Of a stretch of 64,000 nt of DNA, positions 47,640 to 57,721 are shown piece after piece. The notes beneath the pieces were generated by a model. That model was not told where the DNA came from. It was given only the letters and a program-made list of their open reading frames with translations, and made no database searches. The DNA lies in the IMG/VR virus record IMGVR_UViG_3300009155_000061. One strand, given 5' to 3'. The DNA is from an uncultured virus (IMG/VR IMGVR_UViG_3300009155_000061). Its lineage: Duplodnaviria > Heunggongvirae > Uroviricota > Caudoviricetes. Within the stretch, counting starts at the first letter, position 1, and each line of letters begins with the position of its first letter. The position numbers and the translations under genes are program-made.

Positions 47640-48998
47640 ATGAACCACGTCTTTTCAGTATATAGATCCAGAGAATATGAAAATATTGTAAAACAGAATG
47701 GTAATAATGTTGACGTACAACCGCCTTATTTAGTTTCACCTAATAACAATGCTTATGGTACTTCTACTAATACAGATGGATCTATTTTAAACGGCGATGT
47801 TGTTGATGTTGTAAATGATTTTTACTGGACATACTCAAAATTAAGAGAAAGTCGTCAAGAAGTTCCAAAGGTCATACTTACAGAAAAAAGACAAAAAGTT
47901 AATTCGCTTATATCTCAGTTAAAATATTCTTATGGAGCTACTTTCGATACAGCATCAGATTTATCTCTTAAAGCATCTAGAAACCCTATTGTAAGAAGTT
48001 TGTTAGGCGAAGTAGGATTAAACGCTGATGAAGTTGGAAACACTGTAAGCGAATTTTCACAGAATATAAAACAAAGCGGAACACAGTTTGCTGAATCATT
48101 GACACCTCAATTAAGAGATAATAACCCAATTTTTAGTAATCCTATGATGAAGCCTTACGAAAATTTATACATAACTGAAGACACAGGGTGGAAGTTTATT
48201 TTGCCTTATTTTGATAATTATTCAAATGCACAGGCTAATCTATATTCTGGTGATAGCAATGGTAGTTTTTCCGGAGCATTTAAAACAGGTGCTGATATTC
48301 TTAACAATTTAACTGAAAGTATGTCGGTATTAGCTAATCCTATTGATATTACTTTTGTTGAAAGGGCAAAATTATATAATTACTCTACAGAAGGAGATGA
48401 AATTACATTTACATTTCCGCTTATTAATACAGGAAGCGCGACGTTTGACGATGTAGTAAGAAATTGGGAACTTTTATTTCTTTTCTTATATAATAATAAA
48501 CCATCCAGACGTAATGTATCAGTTATTGATCCACCAGTACTTTACCAACTTGATATTCCCGGTGCTAAATTTCTACCGTTCTGTTATATATCTAATATTG
48601 CTGTTGATTTTCAAGGTTCTAGAAGAGAATTGGAATTCAATTTATCTTATTCTGATAACCTCAATGTAACTAATATACCCACACAAATAAATGAAGTAAA
48701 TACTACAAACACACAGTTTAATTTTAATACTGACAACACATTTAATATTAATGCGCCTCCAAAAGATATAATTGGTGAATCTTTAAGATCTGCTGCAGCA
48801 GCATCTACTACTACCTTTAAAAGCGAATTTTTTAATAACCAAACATCAAGAAAGATTAAAACCATTGTACCAGATGCTTATTTAGTTCGTATAACTGTAA
48901 AAAGTCTATTAACTGAAACTAAGAATTTTATGTATAGCCTTATAAACAGTAGCCCTGTTGTTACTACATCAAACACAATATTAGGATTAAATTTATAA
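47640..48998 (+). CDS. baseplate tail-tube cap-like protein (gp48-like)
   Basis: ITFTFPL, DPPVLY, CYISNIAVDF; between tape measure and gp53. Confidence 0.5.
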   Translation: MNHVFSVYRSREYENIVKQNGNNVDVQPPYLVSPNNNAYGTSTNTDGSILNGDVVDVVNDFYWTYSKLRESRQEVPKVILTEKRQKVNSLISQLKYSYGATFDTASDLSLKASRNPIVRSLLGEVGLNADEVGNTVSEFSQNIKQSGTQFAESLTPQLRDNNPIFSNPMMKPYENLYITEDTGWKFILPYFDNYSNAQANLYSGDSNGSFSGAFKTGADILNNLTESMSVLANPIDITFVERAKLYNYSTEGDEITFTFPLINTGSATFDDVVRNWELLFLFLYNNKPSRRNVSVIDPPVLYQLDIPGAKFLPFCYISNIAVDFQGSRRELEFNLSYSDNLNVTNIPTQINEVNTTNTQFNFNTDNTFNINAPPKDIIGESLRSAAAASTTTFKSEFFNNQTSRKIKTIVPDAYLVRITVKSLLTETKNFMYSLINSSPVVTTSNTILGLNL

Positions 48999-48999
48999 T

Positions 49000-49368
49000 A
49001 TGGATGGTAAATTTCAAAATTCAATAATTGATCTTCCTAGTTTAAAGAGTATTAGGTATGAGAACATTTTTAAATTATATAAAAATAAAGATAATCAATA
49101 CTATTATAATCTTTTACAGTCTCTCTATCTCCCGGGAAGTATTGATGAAACAAAGATTTACTATATGTTGATTTCTAGTAGAATGCCCTGGACTGCGGTA
49201 AGTTTTAATGCTTATAAAACAATTGAACTCTGGTGGTTAATTTGTCTTACGAATCAGATCTACAATCCCGTCGAATTTGCTAAAGCAGGAAGCTCTTTAA
49301 AAATAATAAAGACTCAGTATGTACCTGGAATAATATACGAGATTAAGAATGCTTTAGCAACTAAATAA
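49000..49368 (+). CDS. baseplate wedge protein gp53-like (LysM-like)
   Basis: VSFNAY..IELWWLICLTNQIYNP...GSSLKI. Confidence 0.75.
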   Translation: MDGKFQNSIIDLPSLKSIRYENIFKLYKNKDNQYYYNLLQSLYLPGSIDETKIYYMLISSRMPWTAVSFNAYKTIELWWLICLTNQIYNPVEFAKAGSSLKIIKTQYVPGIIYEIKNALATK

Positions 49369-49372
49369 ACCT

Positions 49373-50968
49373 ATGGCTGAAATAACAAGAAGTGATTTAT
49401 TAACAAATCAAGATCGCTTTAGTGACGTTATTAATAATAATCCCTATTATTTTAACGTTATACTCAATTCATCAGATGGAAGATCACAGCAACTAAAAAT
49501 AGGGTCAATTAATACACTTGTAATTCAGGACTCTATTACAAACCCTTTTCATCAAGGTTATATTGTACTTAATAATACGTTTGATGCTGTTGAACGAATA
49601 ACCGATTTACAAAATAACGATAAGATAAGCAATAGTACATCTGGAAGCTTTACTCCAAATAAAGGATTTATTTTTAAAGGCGATTCAAGAGACTTTTTAG
49701 AAATTGATATTATACCTAAACTGGATGAATCAGATCTATCTACTAAATTTGATAGAGCTAATTCCGATGCTGTGTTTCGTTTAAGTTTTGTTTTTAGTAT
49801 ATATAGAACAGAAGAAATTGAAGGAGATCAACCCGGTCAAAAATTTAAAAAATTATATTTTTGGGATACGCATTACGAATTATTAACAGAAAAAAATTCT
49901 TATTTCTCCACAGCTGATTTTGTTGATGAGAGCAAAACGGATAATCTTCTTAATCTTGATGATAACGAAAGAAGTATTAAGACCGGTACTGCAATTAAAG
50001 AATTTTTAAATAATTTCTTTAATAGTGAAGGTGAGACAATAACTTTTGATGAAAATTTTGATGAAGGCGGTAGAAGCGTATTTTTTGCTTCTCCAGTGAG
50101 ATATAAAGGTGTAGATTGTTTAAATTATCTGCTATCTAGGCACGTTTCTAGTGAAAAAGATAATTATGACATGGGACTTCTTCAACTAGAAAGAAGTACT
50201 AATAAATTCTCGTTAAAAAGTTTGAAAAGTTATTTTCAAGGCGCAGTTATACCACCAGTTCGCAACAGTCTTCAAACAGGTGGTGGTGAGCTTTATTTAG
50301 AAACATTTAAATTAGGATTATATTCCGACGATACGCAAAAATATTTTATCCAACCTGCTAATTTTACCCCTAATCTTGCACTATTTCTTGGTAAGTATGG
50401 AACTATAAACAACTTAGTATATGATCCAATGCCAGGTATACATACACAACAAGAAATAGCTTCAACAAGTGTACATAGTTACGATCAAATTGGTAAGCAA
50501 TTTTCCATAGACTCAGAAAAAAATGATATTAATAATATTACCGATACGTATATAGATAATTACGTAAAACCTTTTAATTCTGTTTCCGAATCTAGCGCTT
50601 TTTCAAACTTTTTTCCCGGAAAAAACAGACAGCAACAAAAGAATATTAAAAATATATTTTCAGTAATTGAAAATGACGCCGATAAAAGATTGAGTGTTGG
50701 TCGTAATAGAGTACTCTATCATAATATCTTCTTTAATAATACCGTTGTATTTAAAGTACCAGGATCTACTCATAGACAAACAGGTTATTTTATAGGTATT
50801 GACCGTGATGGCGCGCTATCTTATAGTGATTTTGACAGTAAAATGCTTGGTATATACTTCGTAATTGAAGTAAACCACATTTTTAAAGGAAATGAGTATT
50901 ATACGGAGCTAAGATGTGTAAAAACCTACAGTTTCAGTAATTTATTTTTAAATACTAATAGTATATGA
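49373..50968 (+). CDS. baseplate hub protein (gp27-like)
   Basis: IQDSI...GYIVL, C-terminal VPGS..R..G, GIYFVIEVNHIF..EY. Confidence 0.6.
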   Translation: MAEITRSDLLTNQDRFSDVINNNPYYFNVILNSSDGRSQQLKIGSINTLVIQDSITNPFHQGYIVLNNTFDAVERITDLQNNDKISNSTSGSFTPNKGFIFKGDSRDFLEIDIIPKLDESDLSTKFDRANSDAVFRLSFVFSIYRTEEIEGDQPGQKFKKLYFWDTHYELLTEKNSYFSTADFVDESKTDNLLNLDDNERSIKTGTAIKEFLNNFFNSEGETITFDENFDEGGRSVFFASPVRYKGVDCLNYLLSRHVSSEKDNYDMGLLQLERSTNKFSLKSLKSYFQGAVIPPVRNSLQTGGGELYLETFKLGLYSDDTQKYFIQPANFTPNLALFLGKYGTINNLVYDPMPGIHTQQEIASTSVHSYDQIGKQFSIDSEKNDINNITDTYIDNYVKPFNSVSESSAFSNFFPGKNRQQQKNIKNIFSVIENDADKRLSVGRNRVLYHNIFFNNTVVFKVPGSTHRQTGYFIGIDRDGALSYSDFDSKMLGIYFVIEVNHIFKGNEYYTELRCVKTYSFSNLFLNTNSI

Positions 50969-52776
50969 CCAAGACATTAACAAGAACACTCTATCCTGAA
51001 TTGGTTGATGCTAATGTAGCAAATTCTACAGAATTTCTTAATCAGTATTCAAACTACTTAACTGCTGTTGGCGCTATAGCTGATGAATTAGGTAACTTTA
51101 TCGATGAAACAAATGCTAGTATAGATTATAGAAATGCTTTAAAGAGCGGTGATCCTATTACTAATGTAGCTAGCTTTTTTAAAGACTTAGATAGCAAAAC
51201 ACTCAAGACGTTTAATAACGATTTTATATACTTTTGGTATAAAAAATACCAATCATCTCTAGATATTATAAAAGCAGAAATTAAAAAAGATGAAGAGACG
51301 AGATTTAGCGGTTCTGTAGATCGTAATGTTGATACATTTAATAAATTGACATTTAGTAATGAGTATTTACAAGGGTTTAGTGCAACAAGCTCTAAGAGAA
51401 GTAAGAACTATTCGTATCTTGGCGATATGAGTGATAGTATCGGCGTTTTAGCAAATATTGGCTTTAAGATTGACGATGCAACAGGGTATTTGTGGGATGT
51501 ACAGTGTAATCAAGGAGTGCCAGCTCCTTTCCCACCTACACTACACAATAAAATAAGTCAAAATACAAGAGAGATCTCGTTCAACCTTAGTAAAAAAAAT
51601 ACATCTATGATGAGAACAAACCTTATCAATTTACAACGGGTAAGTAAGCAATCTACAAATGCTCTAGATACAATGGCAGCAACATCAGTACAATCACATG
51701 GCACGAATCTTGTTGGAGATATGAATTTTGCTATTGAATTTTATAAAGAGCTTCCTCAAATAGTTCAGCAATTAGTTAATCAATTCGGTCAGTTATATTA
51801 TGAATTTATTTCATACTTCAACACTATAAATGATATACAAGGATATAATCCTCGTGTAGCTCCTACATATAATAAGCAATTTATAACAAATATAGAGTTT
51901 GAGCTTGATGTTGAAGGTACTAGACAAAAGCTAGATCTTTTACAAAAGAAAATTAAGGTATCAATGAGTACGCGCACTATTGCAAATACAATTAGTGTAG
52001 AAAGATTAAACGCAGGGGACCCCCTCGCACCGAATATCACCACTAGTTCAATTAATAATAGATTTTTATTTCAAGAAAAAACCTATCAAATACCTATACC
52101 TGCTTCACTTACAGAATTTGCTGCAAAGAAATTAGATATTGCACAAGGCGTAATGTCCCTACCCAATGAATCATTGAATACACTCAATAACGTTTTGGAT
52201 AAAATTAATATAAACAATATACCTGGTATTGATGCAGCACTTGGTCCGCTAAATTCATTAGGATTAGGTGGTGTATTATCACCTTTTAGCGAAGCTGTTA
52301 ATGGCTTAGTTACACCCTTAAGAGATGTAATAGGTAATATCGGCGCATTAACGCAAAACCCATTTTCTATACTTGGAGATTCCGTTAAAATTAACGGTGC
52401 AACTAATGGAATATTACCTTCAATTAATTTAGGATCAATTCCGGAGATTTCAGCACTTATAACACGTACTAATTTGGGAAGCTTTACCAGCTTTAATCTT
52501 AATAGTGTTGGAAATATATTTGAACTAGCTCAAAGCGTAAAAGGTATTATATGTAATTTCGAACTTCCTATTATAGGTAAGATAGATCCATCGTTTGTTT
52601 TCGATATAGACTTCGACCCGGATACATTATTGAATAAACTTAAATCAATGCTACCTAAATTACCTACAAAAGATGACTTTAAGAAGTTACTTAAGAATCT
52701 TACACCTAACTTTAAGCAGATATTTAAGAATCTATTTAATAACTTCTTTACCTGCAATAATAACAATAACTTTTAA
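50965..52776 (+). CDS. hypothetical structural protein
   Basis: 603 aa ORF coupled (ATGA) to the hub gene. Confidence 0.7.
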   Translation: MTKTLTRTLYPELVDANVANSTEFLNQYSNYLTAVGAIADELGNFIDETNASIDYRNALKSGDPITNVASFFKDLDSKTLKTFNNDFIYFWYKKYQSSLDIIKAEIKKDEETRFSGSVDRNVDTFNKLTFSNEYLQGFSATSSKRSKNYSYLGDMSDSIGVLANIGFKIDDATGYLWDVQCNQGVPAPFPPTLHNKISQNTREISFNLSKKNTSMMRTNLINLQRVSKQSTNALDTMAATSVQSHGTNLVGDMNFAIEFYKELPQIVQQLVNQFGQLYYEFISYFNTINDIQGYNPRVAPTYNKQFITNIEFELDVEGTRQKLDLLQKKIKVSMSTRTIANTISVERLNAGDPLAPNITTSSINNRFLFQEKTYQIPIPASLTEFAAKKLDIAQGVMSLPNESLNTLNNVLDKININNIPGIDAALGPLNSLGLGGVLSPFSEAVNGLVTPLRDVIGNIGALTQNPFSILGDSVKINGATNGILPSINLGSIPEISALITRTNLGSFTSFNLNSVGNIFELAQSVKGIICNFELPIIGKIDPSFVFDIDFDPDTLLNKLKSMLPKLPTKDDFKKLLKNLTPNFKQIFKNLFNNFFTCNNNNNF

Positions 52777-53255
52777 TCTTCTAGCTTTTCTGATTTTACA
52801 ATTTCCGCTTCAATTGTCTTTGCACTTGTATTTGCGCTATCGATAAGCATTTTAAATACCTGTTCTCTTGTAGCTAAAAGCTTTGTTGTAGTATCAACTT
52901 CTTTTAATTCTCTTCTTGATTTAATATCCATATCTTTAGCCTTAATTACAGTTTCATTTCTCTTGTCTGTCACTATAATTTTATTAAGAGTCTCAATAGC
53001 TGTAGAGGTTGCTGCTATTAAATCAGCCAAAGAACTTACATCCTTATTCTCCGGAGCTGATGAAATATAGTCCTTTACATTGGTAACAACCTCTAAACTC
53101 TCCTTAACAAGCTTACCCGCATTCTCTATAACAAACTTTTCAATATTTTCTTTTGTTAATGGATCAGACTCTTTTTGAGCTACAACAGCTTTTTTATTAG
53201 CCTCTTGGAGTTGACCTAGTAAATCACCAACCATTTCATTTAACTCATCGCTCAT
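52773..53255 (-). CDS. terminase small subunit gp16-like
   Basis: Helical 160 aa; SLADLIAAT..AIETL and LLATREQVFKML resemble gp16 core and C-terminal motifs; TAAATA 53261-53266. Confidence 0.55.
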   Translation of the reverse strand: MSDELNEMVGDLLGQLQEANKKAVVAQKESDPLTKENIEKFVIENAGKLVKESLEVVTNVKDYISSAPENKDVSSLADLIAATSTAIETLNKIIVTDKRNETVIKAKDMDIKSRRELKEVDTTTKLLATREQVFKMLIDSANTSAKTIEAEIVKSEKLED

Positions 53256-53306
53256 ATTATTATTTAATAACTATTGATTTTTATAAAGGTATATTATAAT
53301 AGAGGT

Positions 53307-53768
53307 ATGTATATTAATGAAAGAGATCCGAATACGCAGTTTTTGCCTGTTTTAAAGTTCGAAAAAACACATAATTTAGCTAAGCTACCAAGTAAAAATC
53401 ATGAATCTGACACTGGATATGATGTATATAGCATTGAAGACAAGATAATTCCTGCTCGCGGCTTTGCAATCATTAATGTTGGTCTTAAATTTGCCGAAAT
53501 ACCTGAGGGCTATTGGATTAAAGTTGAGAGCAGAAGCGGTCTTGGATTTAAGCATAGTATTATGGCACATCCGGGTATTATTGATAGTGGATATAGAGGA
53601 GATGCAGGTGTTAAGCTTTATAACCTTTCTGATACTGATTATCAAGTCCGTATAGGTGATAGGATAGCACAGTTTGCTATTTACTTCAACATCTCTATGC
53701 CAGTTGAGTGGGGTAAAGTTCAAGAAACTACTCGAGGTGAAAAGGGATTCGGATCATCAGGTAAATAA
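53307..53768 (+). CDS. dut: trimeric dUTPase
   Basis: GYD, SRSGL, GIIDSGYRG, GDRIAQ, RGEKGFGSSG. Confidence 0.95.
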   Translation: MYINERDPNTQFLPVLKFEKTHNLAKLPSKNHESDTGYDVYSIEDKIIPARGFAIINVGLKFAEIPEGYWIKVESRSGLGFKHSIMAHPGIIDSGYRGDAGVKLYNLSDTDYQVRIGDRIAQFAIYFNISMPVEWGKVQETTRGEKGFGSSGK

Positions 53769-54700
53769 TGAATTACGATTTCTCAAATCTCTGGGTTGAA
53801 AAGTGGAGACCGAAGACTTTATCCGATTTTATTATATCAGATAAAAATAAAACGATTATCGATTCATTTAAAGACAAGAAAGAAATACCTAATCTATTAT
53901 TTACAGGCACTCCAGGTCTTGGAAAGACGTCGTTAGCCAAGATTTTAGTTAACGACATACTCGATTGTCAGTATCTCTATATTAATGCAAGTGATGAAAA
54001 TGGTATTGATACGATTCGCAATAAAGTAACAGGGTTTGCACAAACTAAAAGCTTGGATGGTAAGATTAAAGTTATTATTTTAGATGAGACAGACGGTCTA
54101 TCTATCGATGCACAACGTGCACTACGTAATACAATTGAAGAGTTTGCAAAGATTACACGTTTTATCTTAACTGCAAATTATAACTACCGGGTCATACCTG
54201 CTTTACAGAGTAGATGTCAGAGCTTCGACCTCACACCTCCTATGGACGGTGTAGTCAAACGCTGTGTTCATGTATTAAAAGCTGAAAAAATTGTTATTAA
54301 AGAAGAAGAAAAGCCAAAGTTGCTGGAGTTTATTAAGTCAAATTACCCCGATCTCCGTAAATGCTTGAACGAACTACAAAAATATTCAAGTTCAGGTACA
54401 CTACAGTTAGCCGATACAAAGAATAACGAAGTATTACAACTTATTTTTAGTGAAATTAAAAAGAAAAACATTACAGCACTTCGTAAAGCATTAATTGAAA
54501 ACGAAGCTCAGTTTAATAACGACTACGTGACATTAATGAGGAATCTGTTTAATCATGTCGACGAAGTAGAAACTAACGTAGATCTAAAGCGGTACTATCT
54601 TCTTACGTTATCTGAGTATATCTATCGTAGCTCGTTTGTTATAGACCAGGAGATTAACTGTTATAGCTGTTTAATCAGCTTATCAGATGCTAAGAATTAG
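53768..54700 (+). CDS. clamp loader ATPase gp44 (RFC-like)
   Basis: WVEKWRP, GTPGLGKT, INASDE, LDETD, ALQSRC, PDLRK. Confidence 0.92.
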   Translation: MNYDFSNLWVEKWRPKTLSDFIISDKNKTIIDSFKDKKEIPNLLFTGTPGLGKTSLAKILVNDILDCQYLYINASDENGIDTIRNKVTGFAQTKSLDGKIKVIILDETDGLSIDAQRALRNTIEEFAKITRFILTANYNYRVIPALQSRCQSFDLTPPMDGVVKRCVHVLKAEKIVIKEEEKPKLLEFIKSNYPDLRKCLNELQKYSSSGTLQLADTKNNEVLQLIFSEIKKKNITALRKALIENEAQFNNDYVTLMRNLFNHVDEVETNVDLKRYYLLTLSEYIYRSSFVIDQEINCYSCLISLSDAKN

Positions 54701-55305
54701 CCTTTTGGCAGATATTTTGCAGTATAAGTTGCTGGATCAGCTTGACCAACTGCAGGTACAGAAGGTATCTTGACGTTAGTATTATTCAATACTCGATCCC
54801 CTGCTGATAACTTCTTATTACCAATATCAGACAAGCGAGTCCTGTATGGTGAATAAAAGGGAACTTCCTGTTGTTCGTCTTTTACTTTTTTGGGCTTGAT
54901 TTGAACACGTTTTGCTGGATCATCTTTTTTAAATACTTCAGGTACTTCAGGTAGATTAGGATAATTACACTTTGTCTCGAGCATTCTACCAGGAACAGTA
55001 ACAAAACTCATATATCTACCAGGAGCTATCTCTGATGTGACATCAATATTGACTTCACTACCGGTATAATCTGTATTACCTGCACCTTGCACGTTAGGAT
55101 AGATATTTTTAATAGCAGATACACGAAGATTTAAACCACTATCGATCATATTCTTAATCTTTTCTTGTGTATTAGTACCTAACTCTTTAAACCACTTGTC
55201 ATTCAATGCATCTTTCTTAAAGTAAACAACATCTCCTGCTAAAAACCCTTGACCTGTAAATCTTTGCATTGCTGACTCGTATATCTTAGTAAACTTCTTG
55301 TTCAT
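54697..55305 (-). CDS. hypothetical late protein
   Basis: 202 aa; TAAATA 55312-55317; N-terminus MNKKFTKIYE/S. Confidence 0.75.
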   Translation of the reverse strand: MNKKFTKIYESAMQRFTGQGFLAGDVVYFKKDALNDKWFKELGTNTQEKIKNMIDSGLNLRVSAIKNIYPNVQGAGNTDYTGSEVNIDVTSEIAPGRYMSFVTVPGRMLETKCNYPNLPEVPEVFKKDDPAKRVQIKPKKVKDEQQEVPFYSPYRTRLSDIGNKKLSAGDRVLNNTNVKIPSVPAVGQADPATYTAKYLPKG

Positions 55306-55374
55306 TTAAATTATTTATGGCTTTTAATGGTGTAAAACCATTTTTAAAAGAATAAAAATCATATAAATACATAT

Positions 55375-55860
55375 GTGGCGACTATAAAGGTAAATACAGT
55401 AAGAGAACCAGTTAAAAGCAGTACTCGCTTCACTTACACTGATTTAAAGCTAGATTTAGAGTTTGACTTTACAAGGAATAACGAGTTTTTAAAGCGTAGA
55501 GAAATAAGAGATTTAAGAATAGACTACGATTATGCAGCAATTCGCAATTCTATCTTTAATTTGTTTAATACAATACCTGGCCAAAAAATTCTAAACCCTT
55601 ATTTTGGATTAAATTTAGTACAGTATATTTTTCAACCCCTGAGTGAGGCGCTAGCTAATAATATAGGTAACGACATTCTCAAAGGCCTTACTTCTTTTGA
55701 ACCTAGAGTGCAGGTTCAAAGAATTAATGTTGCGGTTGACGAACCAAATGCGCAGTATATCATAACACTTATAGTCTCAATACCTACAATTAAAACAGAC
55801 ACTAGCTTTAAACTTGTTGGGTCATTAAATAATTCAGGATTTAGATTTATAAACAATTAA
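55375..55860 (+). CDS. baseplate wedge protein gp25
   Basis: YTDL, AIRNSIFNLFNT.PGQK..NP.FG, FEPRV. Confidence 0.88.
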   Translation: MATIKVNTVREPVKSSTRFTYTDLKLDLEFDFTRNNEFLKRREIRDLRIDYDYAAIRNSIFNLFNTIPGQKILNPYFGLNLVQYIFQPLSEALANNIGNDILKGLTSFEPRVQVQRINVAVDEPNAQYIITLIVSIPTIKTDTSFKLVGSLNNSGFRFINN

Positions 55861-55861
55861 T

Positions 55862-57721
55862 ATGGCTGAATTTAATAATTATCCTTTACCTGCAGATGGT
55901 TATGTAGCGTTTGATGCGTTAAGCTTAAAGGGCTTAATCACTACAAGACTAAACACTAACAATTTTTTTACAGATCAAAATTTCGAAGGTAGTAATATCT
56001 CCTCAGTCATCGATATTGTAGCTTATGCGTATCATGTTTTGCTTTTTTATCTCAATAGAACAAGTTCGGAAAGCACTTTTACTACTGCAGAATTATACGA
56101 AAACATTAATAAGATAGTTAAAATCTTAAATTATAATCCTATTGGTTATCAAACAGCACTTTTATCTTTTTTAGCTACAGCAAAAGCAACATTACCACCT
56201 GCAACTTATACAATACCAAGATATTCCTACTTTTCTGTTAACGGTACAAATTATTGCTTTAATAAAGACACAACTTTCATAAAACAGACACAAGATACAG
56301 AGGCATTAACAGACTTACAAGAAAATAACCTTCTACACCAAGGTACTTTTGTAGAATATCCCACTTACTTTGCAGTTGGCGAGCCATTTGAGATATTAAC
56401 AATGGCGGTAGTTGGTCCTAATAATACAAATGTACAAATAGATCATTTTAATGTTGAAGTTTATGTAAAAGACAATACTATCGCAGCACCAAAATGGGAA
56501 AAATGGTCACCTACACAGTCGTTATTTCTTGAAAGATCAAATTCACAAGTTTATGAAATAAGATTAAACGAAAATGAGCGTTATGAGATTCGATTTGGTA
56601 ATAATGTAACCGGTAAACAGTTAAACCCAAATGACGAAGTTGCTATTTATTATTTACGTACAGATGGCACTCGTGGTCAGATAGGACCAGGGCTACTTGA
56701 TAACAATAAACTCTTTTTTTATAGTACAGCTCGCTTTAACCAGATTAAAGCCGATACAACACCAGAGAACTTAAACATAATTACACAAGGTCAAGCAAAC
56801 AACATACAATTCTCTAACATAGATGCTTCCACAGCGTTTATTGATCGTGAAAGTGTTACAAGTATTAAGAATAATTCAGCTAATACCTTTAGAAGCCAGT
56901 ACAGACTAATTACTGCAAATGATTTTACTAATTATGTGTCTAAAAATTACAGTAATATAATTTCTTCTGTTCAAGTTGTCAATAATTGGGATTATCTTTC
57001 CGGGCATATAAAATATTACTTCGATCTCGGTGTTTCAAAACCTAATCTTGAAAGTCGCGTTCTTTTTAATCAAGTTAAATTTGCTGATGCATGCAATTTT
57101 AACAATGTATACATTTATGCTGTACCAAAACTTGAAAAATTAACTTCTCTTACAACAAGGTCAAGTTATTTAAACACCTCACAAAAGCAGCTTATTCTTA
57201 ATGACCTTCAGCAGCTAAAACTCACAACATCTGAAGTAATTATAAATGACCCTGTTTATGTTGCTGTTGATATAGGTACAAATTTTCCCGGTGAACCGCT
57301 TTCACCATCAATTTGTGACAATTCTTATATTGAAATCTCAAGAGATATCACATCAAAGAGAAATCCTGAATCACTAAGAGATCAAATTTCAAGAATATTC
57401 GCAAATTATTTCTCTAATTTAAAGGATAATTTAGGGTCAATAATCAGCTTAACAGAAATTACTAATCAGATACTTGCTATACCAGATTCCGGTATTCTCA
57501 ATATAGTAACAAAGAGAACTGAAGGTGACCAAACAGTAACCATACCAGGTATAAGCCTTACTATTTATAATCCTATATATCCAGAAGATGATATTAAGGT
57601 TACAACACAAGATACACAGCTTCCTTATTTTAAATTTCCATTTTTAAACGACTCTCTCGATTTTGCTAATAAGATTGCCATAGTCACTCCTTCATTACAA
57701 TCACTTCAGAAGGAGTATTAA
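55862..57721 (+). CDS. baseplate wedge protein gp6
   Basis: FTDQNFEGSN, ESTFTTA, YEIRFGN, YLRTDG, SQYRLITANDF. Confidence 0.88.
   Translation: MAEFNNYPLPADGYVAFDALSLKGLITTRLNTNNFFTDQNFEGSNISSVIDIVAYAYHVLLFYLNRTSSESTFTTAELYENINKIVKILNYNPIGYQTALLSFLATAKATLPPATYTIPRYSYFSVNGTNYCFNKDTTFIKQTQDTEALTDLQENNLLHQGTFVEYPTYFAVGEPFEILTMAVVGPNNTNVQIDHFNVEVYVKDNTIAAPKWEKWSPTQSLFLERSNSQVYEIRLNENERYEIRFGNNVTGKQLNPNDEVAIYYLRTDGTRGQIGPGLLDNNKLFFYSTARFNQIKADTTPENLNIITQGQANNIQFSNIDASTAFIDRESVTSIKNNSANTFRSQYRLITANDFTNYVSKNYSNIISSVQVVNNWDYLSGHIKYYFDLGVSKPNLESRVLFNQVKFADACNFNNVYIYAVPKLEKLTSLTTRSSYLNTSQKQLILNDLQQLKLTTSEVIINDPVYVAVDIGTNFPGEPLSPSICDNSYIEISRDITSKRNPESLRDQISRIFANYFSNLKDNLGSIISLTEITNQILAIPDSGILNIVTKRTEGDQTVTIPGISLTIYNPIYPEDDIKVTTQDTQLPYFKFPFLNDSLDFANKIAIVTPSLQSLQKEY

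Noticed and set aside
55327..55345. AATGGT-N5-ACCATT hairpin between divergent late genes
   Set aside because: Weak 6-bp AT-rich stem with no gene ending nearby; could be chance
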